Assembly: GCA_964437935.1 (NCBI GenBank)
Contig: CAYTIQ010000003.1
Span: forward strand, 35,920 to 99,919
Source of the DNA: an uncultured Rheinheimera sp.
GTDB taxonomy: Bacteria > Pseudomonadota > Gammaproteobacteria > Enterobacterales > Alteromonadaceae
Reading direction: 5' to 3'
DNA: 64,000 nt
Shown here: positions 9,643-18,584 of the stretch, piece after piece
Layout: every line of letters starts with the position of its first letter
Numbering within the stretch: position 1 is the stretch's first letter
Notes under the pieces: model-generated
Database searches by the model: none
Told to the model about the DNA's origin: nothing
What the model saw: the letters and a program-made list of their open reading frames with translations, nothing else
Program-made: the position numbers and the translations under genes

Positions 9643-11178
9643 TTGTTAGAAGCTGTTTGGATTGGATTTGCCTTTGCCCTTGGGATGTTGGTGCGAACCG
9701 TCGGTTTGCCGCCGCTGATTGGTTATCTCGCGGCGGGATTTGTTATTTCTGCGGCGTCAGAACCGCTGCAGCTGCCACGGGGTGAGCATATTATCGATCA
9801 TATCGCTCATGTCGGTGTGTTGCTGCTGCTGTTCACGGTCGGTTTAAAGTTAAACATGCGCAGCTTGCTCAAAACCGAAGTGTTGGGTGGCGCATTTTCC
9901 CATTTCGCGTTGTGTAGCCTGCTGTATTTTGCGGTTATTTATTCTTTATTTGTTCCCAACTGGTATCAGGCTTTATTGCTGGCTGAAGCCTTAGCGTTTT
10001 CAAGTACGGTGTTAGCAGCCAAAGTCCTTGAAGGCAAACGTGAAATTCGAGCCTTCCACGGCCGTGTCGCCATCGGTATCTTAATTGTGCAAGATTTGAT
10101 AGCCATGCTAGTGATGAGCTTGGCGCACGGTAACACACCGTCTGTCTGGGCCTTTGGCGTGTTGCTGCTACCTTTTTTGCGGCCTTTGTTGTATCGCTTG
10201 CTCGATGCCAGCGGCCATGATGAATTGTTGATTTTGTTTGGTGTCCTGCTCGCTGTGGTGGCCGGTGGTTCGGGCTTTGCCGCGCTTGGTTTAAGTTCGG
10301 AGCTTGGCGCTTTGGTGTTTGGTGCTTTGTTGGCATCTCACAGCCGTGCCGGCGAACTGGCGAAATCGTTATGGAGTATCAAAGAGTTTTTCTTGGTCGG
10401 GTTCTTCTTGCAAATTGGCTTAGGGGGCTTACCCGATCTGCAAGCGTGGTTGTTTGCCGCGGTGATGATCGCATTGTTGCCGATTAAAGGGTTGTTGTTT
10501 TTCCTGTTGTTGGTTTACTTCAAATTAAGAGCGCGCAGTGCGTACCTAACCAGTTTGTCGCTGGCGAACTACAGTGAATTTGGTTTGATCGTTGCCAGTG
10601 TGGTGCTGCCGAATTACCTGATCCCATTGGCGCTGACCGTCGCGTTGTCATTCTTGGTATCCGCCCCATTAAATCGTCTTGCGCATCCGTTGTATGACCG
10701 CTGGGCATCACGGTTGGAGCCTCTTGAGCGCCATACACGTCACCCAGATGAGATGCCGGTGTCGCTGGGTGATGCCCGAGTGCTCATCATGGGGATGGGG
10801 CGTACAGGCACCGCTGCGTATAAATATTTGGAGCACAAAGTACAGCTGATTGCGCTGGATTCGGACCCCGCCAAAGTGCGGCAACATCAAGAAAGTGGCA
10901 ACAATGTGTTTTTTGCCGACGCCGAGGATCATGTGTTGTGGCAAGGCCTTGATTTAACACGAATCGAAGCGGTGCTGCTGTGCATGAGTGATTTGGAAGC
11001 AAAGCTTATCGCAGCAAAAAAACTGCGTGCCGCTGGTTTTCAAGGGCTGGTGGTATCGCACAGTATGCATGCCGATGAAGCACGACAAATTAAAGAGGCA
11101 GGGGCAGACCATACCTATTTAACCATGTCGGAAGCGGGCTTAGGTATTGCCGAGCGGGTGCGCCAGCACATTGGCTAG
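9643..11178 (+). CDS. CPA2 cation:proton antiporter with C-terminal TrkA-N (KTN) domain, Kef-like
   Basis: TTG start after AGGAGG; many TM helices; LLLFTVGL, FSSTV and QDL motifs; GMGRTG Rossmann motif. Confidence 0.88.
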   Translation: MLEAVWIGFAFALGMLVRTVGLPPLIGYLAAGFVISAASEPLQLPRGEHIIDHIAHVGVLLLLFTVGLKLNMRSLLKTEVLGGAFSHFALCSLLYFAVIYSLFVPNWYQALLLAEALAFSSTVLAAKVLEGKREIRAFHGRVAIGILIVQDLIAMLVMSLAHGNTPSVWAFGVLLLPFLRPLLYRLLDASGHDELLILFGVLLAVVAGGSGFAALGLSSELGALVFGALLASHSRAGELAKSLWSIKEFFLVGFFLQIGLGGLPDLQAWLFAAVMIALLPIKGLLFFLLLVYFKLRARSAYLTSLSLANYSEFGLIVASVVLPNYLIPLALTVALSFLVSAPLNRLAHPLYDRWASRLEPLERHTRHPDEMPVSLGDARVLIMGMGRTGTAAYKYLEHKVQLIALDSDPAKVRQHQESGNNVFFADAEDHVLWQGLDLTRIEAVLLCMSDLEAKLIAAKKLRAAGFQGLVVSHSMHADEARQIKEAGADHTYLTMSEAGLGIAERVRQHIG

Positions 11179-11266
11179 GCGCTGAGGAGCTCGGCTAAGA
11201 ATCTCAGCTAATAAACGCCGCGAGGAGACGCCGTGAAGCGCGGCGTCGTTGCCACAACCGCAGTAT

Positions 11267-11926
11267 TTATTCGCTGCGGTTAGTTTCCAGAAATTGTTTT
11301 ATTTCTGCTTTGGCATGCAGAATATGCGCGGTCAACTCAGCACAGGCAGCAGGGATATCGCGCATTTTGCACAGTTCTAACAAGCGAAGGTGCTCGCTAC
11401 TGGCTTTTTCGATGCCACCGACCATTTGCAAATGCATCCGAATATAGCGGTCGGCGTTTTTGTTTAGATTCCCGATCATCTCAAGGGTTTGTGGCCGTTG
11501 CGCTTTATAAAGGCAGGTATGAAAAGCGGTGTTAAGTTCGGGCCAACGTTCGGCGTGATCTGGGCGTTGTAGGGCCTCGTCTAGTTGCGCCAGCGTAGCT
11601 TGTGCTGTTGCGAAATCCTCGTCGGTGAGCAAAGGAATGGACCGCGCTAACAAGTCACTTTCTAAAATCGCCCGTAATTCAAACAATTCGTCAATCAGAC
11701 TTGGACTTATCTCCGTGGCAGTTGCGCCTTTGTGTGGCTCAAACTTTACCAAGCCTTCGGCTTCGAGTTGCAGCAAGGCTTCGCGCACCGGGATACGACT
11801 GACCTGCAGCTGTTCTGCTAAGGCGGCTTGGCGCAATGGTTCGCCAGCTTTGATGTCGCCTGAAAGGATCCGTGCTCGGATCTCTTCCACCACGACTTGA
11901 GTTCGAGTTTTGTACACTATCGGCAT
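11267..11926 (-). CDS. hypR: GntR/FCD regulator, probable hydroxyproline regulon repressor (HypR-like)
   Basis: GntR HTH (LRQAALAEQLQVSRIPVREAL) plus FCD domain; directly downstream of the Hyp operon. Confidence 0.75.
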   Translation of the reverse strand: MPIVYKTRTQVVVEEIRARILSGDIKAGEPLRQAALAEQLQVSRIPVREALLQLEAEGLVKFEPHKGATATEISPSLIDELFELRAILESDLLARSIPLLTDEDFATAQATLAQLDEALQRPDHAERWPELNTAFHTCLYKAQRPQTLEMIGNLNKNADRYIRMHLQMVGGIEKASSEHLRLLELCKMRDIPAACAELTAHILHAKAEIKQFLETNRSE

Positions 11927-11974
11927 AACAAGCTTTCAATCAAAAAAAGGACAGACAGTTTACTGACTGAATAG

Positions 11975-11997
11975 AAAAAGACCAGCCTTTGCTGGTC
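11975..11997 (-). terminator. Terminator of the Hyp operon
   Basis: GACCAGC-CTTT-GCTGGTC with an adjacent A-run on the plus strand. Confidence 0.7.
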
Positions 11998-12039
11998 GAT
12001 TCGTTCAGAAAAGCGTACTTCAGGCCGTTCAATAGCGCT

Positions 12040-13548
12040 TTAACCAGATGATTCGGATGAACGCGTGACGTGGCCGGCTATGGCTTGTAGCGTTTCGACA
12101 TCGGCGCCCTGGATGCACAATGGCCTGACAAAACGCTGCATGGCTTGAAGACCGACGGCACTAAATTGCGAGTTGGTCGATGCAGGCCATGGGCCCCCGT
12201 GCATCATCAGCGGATGCACCGCCACGCCGGTTGGTAGTTGCCCTAACACTAAGCGGCCACAATGGCGGGCGGCTTTGGCGATAAGCTCGGGGAACTGCTG
12301 CCATGGGCCATGCAGACTCATTGCCAGCTGGCCAGGCATGGTGGCCCAAGCGGCTGTGACTTGTTGCAGATCGTCATACAGTAACACTTGGCAGCAGGGG
12401 CCGAAGATCTCCTGTTGCCAAACATCACTGGGCATGTCCAAGGTATGACACACCCACATGCGACTGCTGGCTTGGTTCTCAGTCACTTGGCCTTCTGCCC
12501 ACAGCGGACAGCACGCAGACCGAGCGTCAGATAGCTGGTTGTAACGCTGTAAAAACAGCGGCGACAGCAGGTATTGCGCGGGCTGTTGCCGCAGCAGCTG
12601 CTGCATCTGTGCCACAAGTGCGATGCCTGCAGCGTTGTTGGGAAGCCACCAAACGCCCGGCTTGGTACACAATTGTCCGCCGGACCCTGTGACAGCCTGT
12701 AGCCACATCGCTGCTAACGTATCCACGGTTGTCATTTCAATGGTCGGTAGCACGAGCTGTGGATTTATGGCGCCCAATTCACCATAAAACGGGATCGGTT
12801 CGGCCCGGGAACAGGCGGTTTCATACAGTGCAGTGCCTGCCGCGGCAGAGCCGGTAAATGACACGGCGGCTATCTGTGGTTGCATCACCAACTGGTGGCT
12901 AAAGCTGGCTTGGTTTTGCTGCAGTAGCTGCACCAACGCCACCGGGACTTGCAAGGAATTAAGCGCTCGTTCAATGGCACGCATCGCCCATTCGCTGCCT
13001 CCTGGGTGTGCTGGGTGAGCTTTGACGATCACTGGGCATCCAGCCGCCAGCGCAGAGGCTGTATCGCCGCCAGCCACCGAAAAGGCCAATGGAAAATTGC
13101 TGGCCGCAAACACCGCCACCGGCCCTAAGGGCAGCTCCAGCTTTAGCAGCGCGGCGTGACTGGCTGTCGCTTGAACGGTTTGGTAGACCGGTTGTTGTCG
13201 CAACACACTGGCGAAGCTTCGCAGTTGAGCACAGGTACGAGCCAGCTCGGCGTCGAGCCGAGCCTTGGGCAAAGCGGTTTCTTTCTCAAGCCTTGGCAGC
13301 AGCGATGGGCAGGCGATCAGTTCATCGGCGATGCGTTCCAGCAGCTGCGCACGAAAACTCAGGGGTTGTTGTTGATACCATGCGGCCGCTTGCGTTGCGG
13401 CGTCACAGGCCATCTGCAATTCTTCGGCGTTGGCTTGGTGTACCGCGGGTGGCAACGGCTCGGCGCTTTTGGCATGTAAGGCCTCAAAGGTGCTGTTGCT
13501 CGATGCTTGCCAGGTGCGGTTGATAAAATGAGTGCCAGTCAGTTGCAT
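12040..13548 (-). CDS. hypH: Alpha-ketoglutaric semialdehyde dehydrogenase (ALDH family)
   Basis: ASNFPLAFSVAGGDTASALAAGCPVIVKAHPAHPG, SFTGS, GELGAINP and catalytic GQLCTKPG; Hyp pathway context. Confidence 0.8.
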   Translation of the reverse strand: MQLTGTHFINRTWQASSNSTFEALHAKSAEPLPPAVHQANAEELQMACDAATQAAAWYQQQPLSFRAQLLERIADELIACPSLLPRLEKETALPKARLDAELARTCAQLRSFASVLRQQPVYQTVQATASHAALLKLELPLGPVAVFAASNFPLAFSVAGGDTASALAAGCPVIVKAHPAHPGGSEWAMRAIERALNSLQVPVALVQLLQQNQASFSHQLVMQPQIAAVSFTGSAAAGTALYETACSRAEPIPFYGELGAINPQLVLPTIEMTTVDTLAAMWLQAVTGSGGQLCTKPGVWWLPNNAAGIALVAQMQQLLRQQPAQYLLSPLFLQRYNQLSDARSACCPLWAEGQVTENQASSRMWVCHTLDMPSDVWQQEIFGPCCQVLLYDDLQQVTAAWATMPGQLAMSLHGPWQQFPELIAKAARHCGRLVLGQLPTGVAVHPLMMHGGPWPASTNSQFSAVGLQAMQRFVRPLCIQGADVETLQAIAGHVTRSSESSG

Positions 13549-14550
13549 TTACACCACCTGAAAGCCAAAGGCATAAGGATCGCTGTCATCAATGGTAATT
13601 TGATTGGCGCCGTAAACGTGTGCCCACCCTTCAATGCCGGGCACTATCGCATGCTTAGAACCGACCATCACCTCCTCTTCGACCGTGCCTTTGAACTGAC
13701 TGCCGATAAAACTTTCATGCACAAATACCTCGCCGGCTTTTAATAAACCTTTGGCATAAAGCTGCGCCATGCGGGCTGAGGTGCCGGTACCACAGGGCGA
13801 GCGATCGATAGCTTTGTCGCCGTAAAACACCGCATTTGCTGCGGTGGAGTCGGCATGTTGAGGTTGACCCGTCCACAACAAATGGCTTAAGCCTCTCACA
13901 TTAGGATCTTGCGGGTGAATACAATCAATGGCTTGCTGCGCGGCTGTGCGTATCAGTGGACTGAGGCGCAATAACTCTGCGGCGCTATGATGTTCAATGC
14001 CTTTAAACTGGCCTTGTGGCTCAATGATGCCGTAAAAATTACCGCCATAGGCCACGTCTAGCTGCATGTCACCAATCCCAGGGACATAAAATTTGACCTG
14101 GTCGGCGTATAAAAAGCTCGGCACATTGCGAATTTTCACCGAGCTAACTTTCGAGCCTGTTTGCTGGTAACTAATACGAATTTGGCCTGCGGGCACGTCC
14201 ACTATTAAAGTGCCAGCAACCTTGGGGGTGATGAGCCCGGCTTCGAGAGCGGCGGTAATGGTGCCGATAGTGCCGTGACCACACATCGGTAAGCAGCCAG
14301 AGGTTTCAATAAACAAGATACTGCAGTCCGCATCGCTGGAGCATGGTGGGTACAAAAAAGCGCCGGACATCATGTCGTGGCCGCGCGGTTCAAACATCAA
14401 GGCTTTGCGGATCCAATCAAAACGCTTGATAAAGTCTAGCCGTTTCTCGCCCATGCTATCGCCGCGTAACTGCGGATGACCGCTGGTGACTAAACGCACC
14501 GGGTTGCCACAGGTGTGGGCGTCAATACAAAAAAAAGTGCCTAATCGCAT
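13549..14550 (-). CDS. hypRE: 4-hydroxyproline 2-epimerase (proline racemase family)
   Basis: IDAHTCGNPVR and PRGHDMMSG; both catalytic Cys motifs MCGHGT and DRSPCGTGT are intact. Confidence 0.88.
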   Translation of the reverse strand: MRLGTFFCIDAHTCGNPVRLVTSGHPQLRGDSMGEKRLDFIKRFDWIRKALMFEPRGHDMMSGAFLYPPCSSDADCSILFIETSGCLPMCGHGTIGTITAALEAGLITPKVAGTLIVDVPAGQIRISYQQTGSKVSSVKIRNVPSFLYADQVKFYVPGIGDMQLDVAYGGNFYGIIEPQGQFKGIEHHSAAELLRLSPLIRTAAQQAIDCIHPQDPNVRGLSHLLWTGQPQHADSTAANAVFYGDKAIDRSPCGTGTSARMAQLYAKGLLKAGEVFVHESFIGSQFKGTVEEEVMVGSKHAIVPGIEGWAHVYGANQITIDDSDPYAFGFQVV

Positions 14551-14562
14551 ACGAGGGCCTGC

Positions 14563-15489
14563 TTATAACAAGGTGGTTAAATCAGGGCGGGTGGCCAATG
14601 CAGTGTCCAGCACCTGCTGCACGCGCAACCGCTCGGCTCCCTGCAGCGGTAGGCGTGGCGCACGCACGGTTTCACTGCCACGTCCCATCAGCATTTCTGC
14701 AAATTTGATGCATTGCACCAGTGTTGGGATGGTGTCTAAGCGCAACAACGGCAAAAACCAGCGCCATAGTTCGCGTGCTTCGTGGTAACGGCCTTGTTGT
14801 GCGAGTTGGTAGATGGCCACCGACTCTTTTGGAAATACGTTGGTCAGCCCTGAGATCCAGCCAGTGGCACCGAGCATCAAGCTTTCCAGTGCAATGTCAT
14901 CCACACCACAAAACACGGTAAAGCGCTTGTCAAAGCGGCTGTAAAGTTCACTTAAGCGGCGAGTATCTTCGGTGGATTCTTTAACGGCCACGATGTTGGG
15001 TACCTTGGCCAAGATCTCCATCGAGTCAAGGCTGATGTCCACGGCATACGACACCGGGTTGTTATAGACCATCACCGGCAGCTGACAGCTTTGTGCTACG
15101 GCCGTCAGATGCGCCACCGCTTCGTGTTGTTGGGATTTATAGACCATGCCCGGTAACACCATCAGACCATCAAGTCCGGCGTTTTCGCAATCTTGCGCAT
15201 AGTGGCAGGCGGCTTGGGTGGTGGTTTCTGCCACACCCGATAGCAGTGGCACGCGATGCGCCACTACTTCCTTGGCGGCGGCAATCAATTGACGTTTTTC
15301 TGTGGCGCTTAAGCTCATGTTTTCACCCACGGTGCCAGCCACGATGATGCCGTGCACACCTTCTTGGATCAAACGGTCGAGCATGCGCTGAGTCGATTCA
15401 AGATCCAGGCTTTGATCGGCTTTAAATTGGGTGGTAACGGCTGGAAAAACGCCACGCCATTGTGGGGTGTTCAAACTGAATTGGGTCAT
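14563..15489 (-). CDS. hypD: Delta1-pyrroline-4-hydroxy-2-carboxylate deaminase (DapA family)
   Basis: GVFPAVTTQF, GTVGEN, YNNP, VKES and GVDD; DapA fold in Hyp context. Confidence 0.82.
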   Translation of the reverse strand: MTQFSLNTPQWRGVFPAVTTQFKADQSLDLESTQRMLDRLIQEGVHGIIVAGTVGENMSLSATEKRQLIAAAKEVVAHRVPLLSGVAETTTQAACHYAQDCENAGLDGLMVLPGMVYKSQQHEAVAHLTAVAQSCQLPVMVYNNPVSYAVDISLDSMEILAKVPNIVAVKESTEDTRRLSELYSRFDKRFTVFCGVDDIALESLMLGATGWISGLTNVFPKESVAIYQLAQQGRYHEARELWRWFLPLLRLDTIPTLVQCIKFAEMLMGRGSETVRAPRLPLQGAERLRVQQVLDTALATRPDLTTLL

Positions 15490-15552
15490 CTGTGTCTCCT
15501 TAATTTGATGGCTTGAGTGTGATGGCTTGTGTTTATGCTAGATCGATTGTAG

Positions 15553-15564
15553 ATTGTATACAAT
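15553..15564. promoter_or_regulatory. GntR-type operator (HypR-like box) ATTGTATACAAT
   Basis: Perfect 12-bp palindrome in the divergent promoter region between the deaminase and dehydrogenase genes. Confidence 0.8.
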
Positions 15565-15595
15565 ATTCATTTGTGGTTTTTTTTTAGGAGGCTCG

Positions 15596-16861
15596 ATGTC
15601 TAAACCAATGCAGGGTTTTGCGCCAGCAGGTCGCACCGTCGCGGTTATTGGGGCTGGGGTGGTTGGGTTAACCACGGCGCTGCAATTGTTGCAGCAGGGC
15701 TATCAGGTGATGGTGTTTGAACGGGAAACCGTTGGCGCCGGTGCTTCCTCGGGAAATGCCGGGCATTTTGCCAGCGAGCAAGTGTTCCCTCTTGCGCACG
15801 CATCGTTGTTGTGGTCGGTCCCGAAGTTTTTATTAAACCCGCTGGGTCCACTAGCGATCAGGCCACGGGCACTTTGGAGCGAGCGGCGGTTTTTTTGGCA
15901 TTATCTACAATCGATGTGGCCGGCAAAATGGCGGCACAACCATCAGATCCTCCGCTCGTTATGCCAACAGGCGATTGACTCATGGCAACAGCTGTTGGCG
16001 AGCGAAGCATTGAGCCAGCTATTAGTCCAACAAGGCAATCTGTTGGTGTTTGAAGGGCACACGGCGATGCAACAAGCCTTAAAGGCCAAGCAGCACTACC
16101 AAGCCGGCGGTGTGGATGTGGAATTATGGAGTGCTGCCGATGTTCAACAGTATTGTACGGGTATCCATCAAAGCGTGCAGTGTGCGTTGTATTTCCCGGG
16201 TACGGGGCACTGTGTATCACCGCTTCAGCTGTGCCAAGCCTTGCAGCAGGCGATAGAGCGCCGCGGAGGCGTGTTTCATTTTGCAGAGGTTCAGCAGCTG
16301 CAACCCAGCGACCACGGCATCACAGTGCAGGCAAAGAGTAACAGCTGGCAGGTTGATGATGTAGTGCTGTGTACCGGTGTGCATGCCAATACCTTACTGG
16401 AGCCACTTGGACTTTGGGTACCGATGACTGCAGAGCGTGGTTATCATCTCGAGATCAAGGCTTTGGCAATGCCGCCAATTGCTGTCGCTTCTTTTAATCG
16501 TCATATGATCATGACGCCGATGCAGACGGGGCTTCGCTTGGCTGGCACTGTTGAATTTGCGGGGATTGATGCGTTGCCGAATTGGCAACGAGCCCAATCA
16601 CTGCGCCGTCATGGCGAAGCCTTGTGGCCATCGCTGCGTGAACATGCCGAGGTCTCGATGTGGAGCGGTCAGCGGCCGACCTGTGCCGATTCATTACCGG
16701 TGGTTGGGGCTTCGGGTGTACCGAGGCTTTGGTTGAACTTTGGCCATCAGCATTTGGGATTAACGCTGGCGGCAGTGACAAGTCGCTGGTTGGTGGATGC
16801 AATGCAGGGTTGCGCAAAGGTTAATTCGCTGGATGCGTTGTCGATCCGCCGCTTTGCATGA
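15596..16861 (+). CDS. hypO: FAD-dependent D-amino-acid dehydrogenase, probable cis-4-hydroxy-D-proline dehydrogenase
   Basis: ATG 15596 after AGGAGG; VIGAGVVG dinucleotide fold; ASSGNAG, GQRP and FGHQHLGLT DadA-like motifs; divergent from the Hyp operon. Confidence 0.75.
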   Translation: MSKPMQGFAPAGRTVAVIGAGVVGLTTALQLLQQGYQVMVFERETVGAGASSGNAGHFASEQVFPLAHASLLWSVPKFLLNPLGPLAIRPRALWSERRFFWHYLQSMWPAKWRHNHQILRSLCQQAIDSWQQLLASEALSQLLVQQGNLLVFEGHTAMQQALKAKQHYQAGGVDVELWSAADVQQYCTGIHQSVQCALYFPGTGHCVSPLQLCQALQQAIERRGGVFHFAEVQQLQPSDHGITVQAKSNSWQVDDVVLCTGVHANTLLEPLGLWVPMTAERGYHLEIKALAMPPIAVASFNRHMIMTPMQTGLRLAGTVEFAGIDALPNWQRAQSLRRHGEALWPSLREHAEVSMWSGQRPTCADSLPVVGASGVPRLWLNFGHQHLGLTLAAVTSRWLVDAMQGCAKVNSLDALSIRRFA

Positions 16862-16971
16862 CTGTCAGTAAATTTTACATAATGATGACTAGATTGGCAT
16901 GGTGTTCTATTGCCCTTTGATGGCTTGTTGTCTTTATTGAAGTTTTCAACCCTGCGTCGTATTAGATTTTT

Positions 16972-16988
16972 TTGGCATAGTATTTGCT
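16972..16988 (+). promoter_or_regulatory. Sigma54 (-24/-12) promoter
   Basis: TTGGCATAGTATTTGCT: GG at 16974-75 and GC at 16986-87, canonical spacing. Confidence 0.7.
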
Positions 16989-17062
16989 TTAAACGTCCCT
17001 AGTCTTCAAAGTCAAGATATTGACATATAACAAAAATATCACGTGGGCGGGGATAGCTCGGC

Positions 17063-17824
17063 ATGCAAAATCGATTGATGATTTGGATCATTCTGATCTT
17101 ATTTGGTGTAGCTTCGATGTGGCGGTTGGCTAGTCAACCCAATTTTCAATTGTTTGGCTCATTAGTATCTGAAGTGGAAACCGAAGAAAAGTTAGTGGCG
17201 TTGACCTTTGATGACGGTCCAATCCCTGGCAAAACCGAACAAATTTTATCGATTTTGGCGATGCAGCAAGTACCGGCAACTTTTTTCCTGATCGGAAAAG
17301 AAGTTGAAGCGCACCCAGAGTTGGTGGGCAAAATTCTAAGCGCTGGCCACCAAGTCGGCAACCATAGCTACTCCCATCAACGGATGATTTTTAAAACACC
17401 GTCTTTTATTGCCAGCGAAATTGAAAAAACAGATGCATTACTGCGCCTGTTAGGCGTGACAGGGGATATTTATTTCCGTCCACCCTATGGCAAAAAATTG
17501 GCTGTGTTGCCTTGGTATTTGCAACAAAATCAGCGCACCTCGGTGACTTGGACGCTGGCGCCCGAAGATTTTCCCAAAGTCACACGCTCGGTCAATGACT
17601 TAGTCAAGTTTACCGTAGAGCAGGTCACTCCCGGCGACATCGTGTTATTGCATGTCATGTACGACAGTCGTGAAAAAACCATGCAAGCGGTACCGGATAT
17701 CATTCGACAACTCAAGGCCAAAGGCTATCGCTTTGTCACCGTCTCTGAGCTGATTGAGGCAGGCAAGCAAAAGACCGCGGCGCGGTTAGTCTCGGCTTAT
17801 TCTGGCAGTGTCTCAATCAACTGA
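17063..17824 (+). CDS. Polysaccharide deacetylase (CE4/NodB) with N-terminal anchor
   Basis: ALTFDDGP, GNHSYSH, FRPPYG and IVLLH motifs. Confidence 0.9.
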   Translation: MQNRLMIWIILILFGVASMWRLASQPNFQLFGSLVSEVETEEKLVALTFDDGPIPGKTEQILSILAMQQVPATFFLIGKEVEAHPELVGKILSAGHQVGNHSYSHQRMIFKTPSFIASEIEKTDALLRLLGVTGDIYFRPPYGKKLAVLPWYLQQNQRTSVTWTLAPEDFPKVTRSVNDLVKFTVEQVTPGDIVLLHVMYDSREKTMQAVPDIIRQLKAKGYRFVTVSELIEAGKQKTAARLVSAYSGSVSIN

Positions 17825-17906
17825 TGGTTTTTTAAGGGGCACAGGCCATCACGATAGCCTTGAGGCCCAGCTTCGGCTTTCCTAGGTAAATGTGCACCCG
17901 TCGTGA

Positions 17907-18560
17907 TTAATTCAAAGTTCCGCCCGTCACCTGCATAGGTTCAGGTAAACCTTGCCTAAACGCGTCAATGCATGCCCGCAGGGCTGTGACCACTTGGGTT
18001 GTCGACAGACTCGGCTGCTGATTTTGCAACACCTGTTGTGGCGCATAAGGAATATGAATAAAGCCGCCCAGAGCTTTTGATTGCTGCTGGGTTAAAAAAT
18101 GCATCAACTGATAAAACAGCGCATTACAAACATACGTGCCTGCGGTAAATGATAGCTGCGTGGGGATTTGTTGTTGTTGACAGGCATGCAGCATGGCTCC
18201 AAGCGGCAGGGTTGAAAAATAAGCGGCTGGCCCATCAGGCTGCAGCGAGGCGTTCAGCGGCTGAGCACCGGCATTGTCGGCAATTCGGGCATGCGCGAAG
18301 TTAATCGCCACCTTTTCTAACCCTATATGACTGCGGCCGCCGGCTTGACCGATACATAATACTAAGTCGACGGAGTGGTGTTGCAACACCTGCTGCAGTG
18401 GCGCAAAGCAGCCCTCAAAGGTGACGGGTAATTGTAGGCAGGTCAGATGCAGATCCGTTGCCCCGGACAGCTCTTGCTGCAGTTGGCATACCGCTTGCCA
18501 CGATGGATTGATGCTTTCGCCACCGAAGGGCTCAAATCCTGTCAACACGATATGTTTCAT
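17907..18560 (-). CDS. pcp: Pyroglutamyl-peptidase I
   Basis: LTGFEPFGGESINPS, LEKVAIN, AYFSTLP, AGTYVCN and GFIHIP; catalytic Glu-Cys-His present. Confidence 0.92.
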   Translation of the reverse strand: MKHIVLTGFEPFGGESINPSWQAVCQLQQELSGATDLHLTCLQLPVTFEGCFAPLQQVLQHHSVDLVLCIGQAGGRSHIGLEKVAINFAHARIADNAGAQPLNASLQPDGPAAYFSTLPLGAMLHACQQQQIPTQLSFTAGTYVCNALFYQLMHFLTQQQSKALGGFIHIPYAPQQVLQNQQPSLSTTQVVTALRACIDAFRQGLPEPMQVTGGTLN

Positions 18561-18584
18561 AGTGTTAGGTTGCATCGGGCACTC

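Noticed and set aside
14529-14536. A8/T8 run at the start of the epimerase as a phase-variation tract
   Set aside because: It is in frame and encodes GTFFCID, a normal N-terminus for this subfamily; the gene is intact.
15577-15585. T9 run next to the hypO RBS
   Set aside because: U-rich translational enhancers before an RBS are common, and nothing shows length variation.
16862-16880. Possible TyrR box (TGTCAG...TTTACA) after hypO
   Set aside because: Half-site spacing is N5 rather than N6, and the left half is poor.
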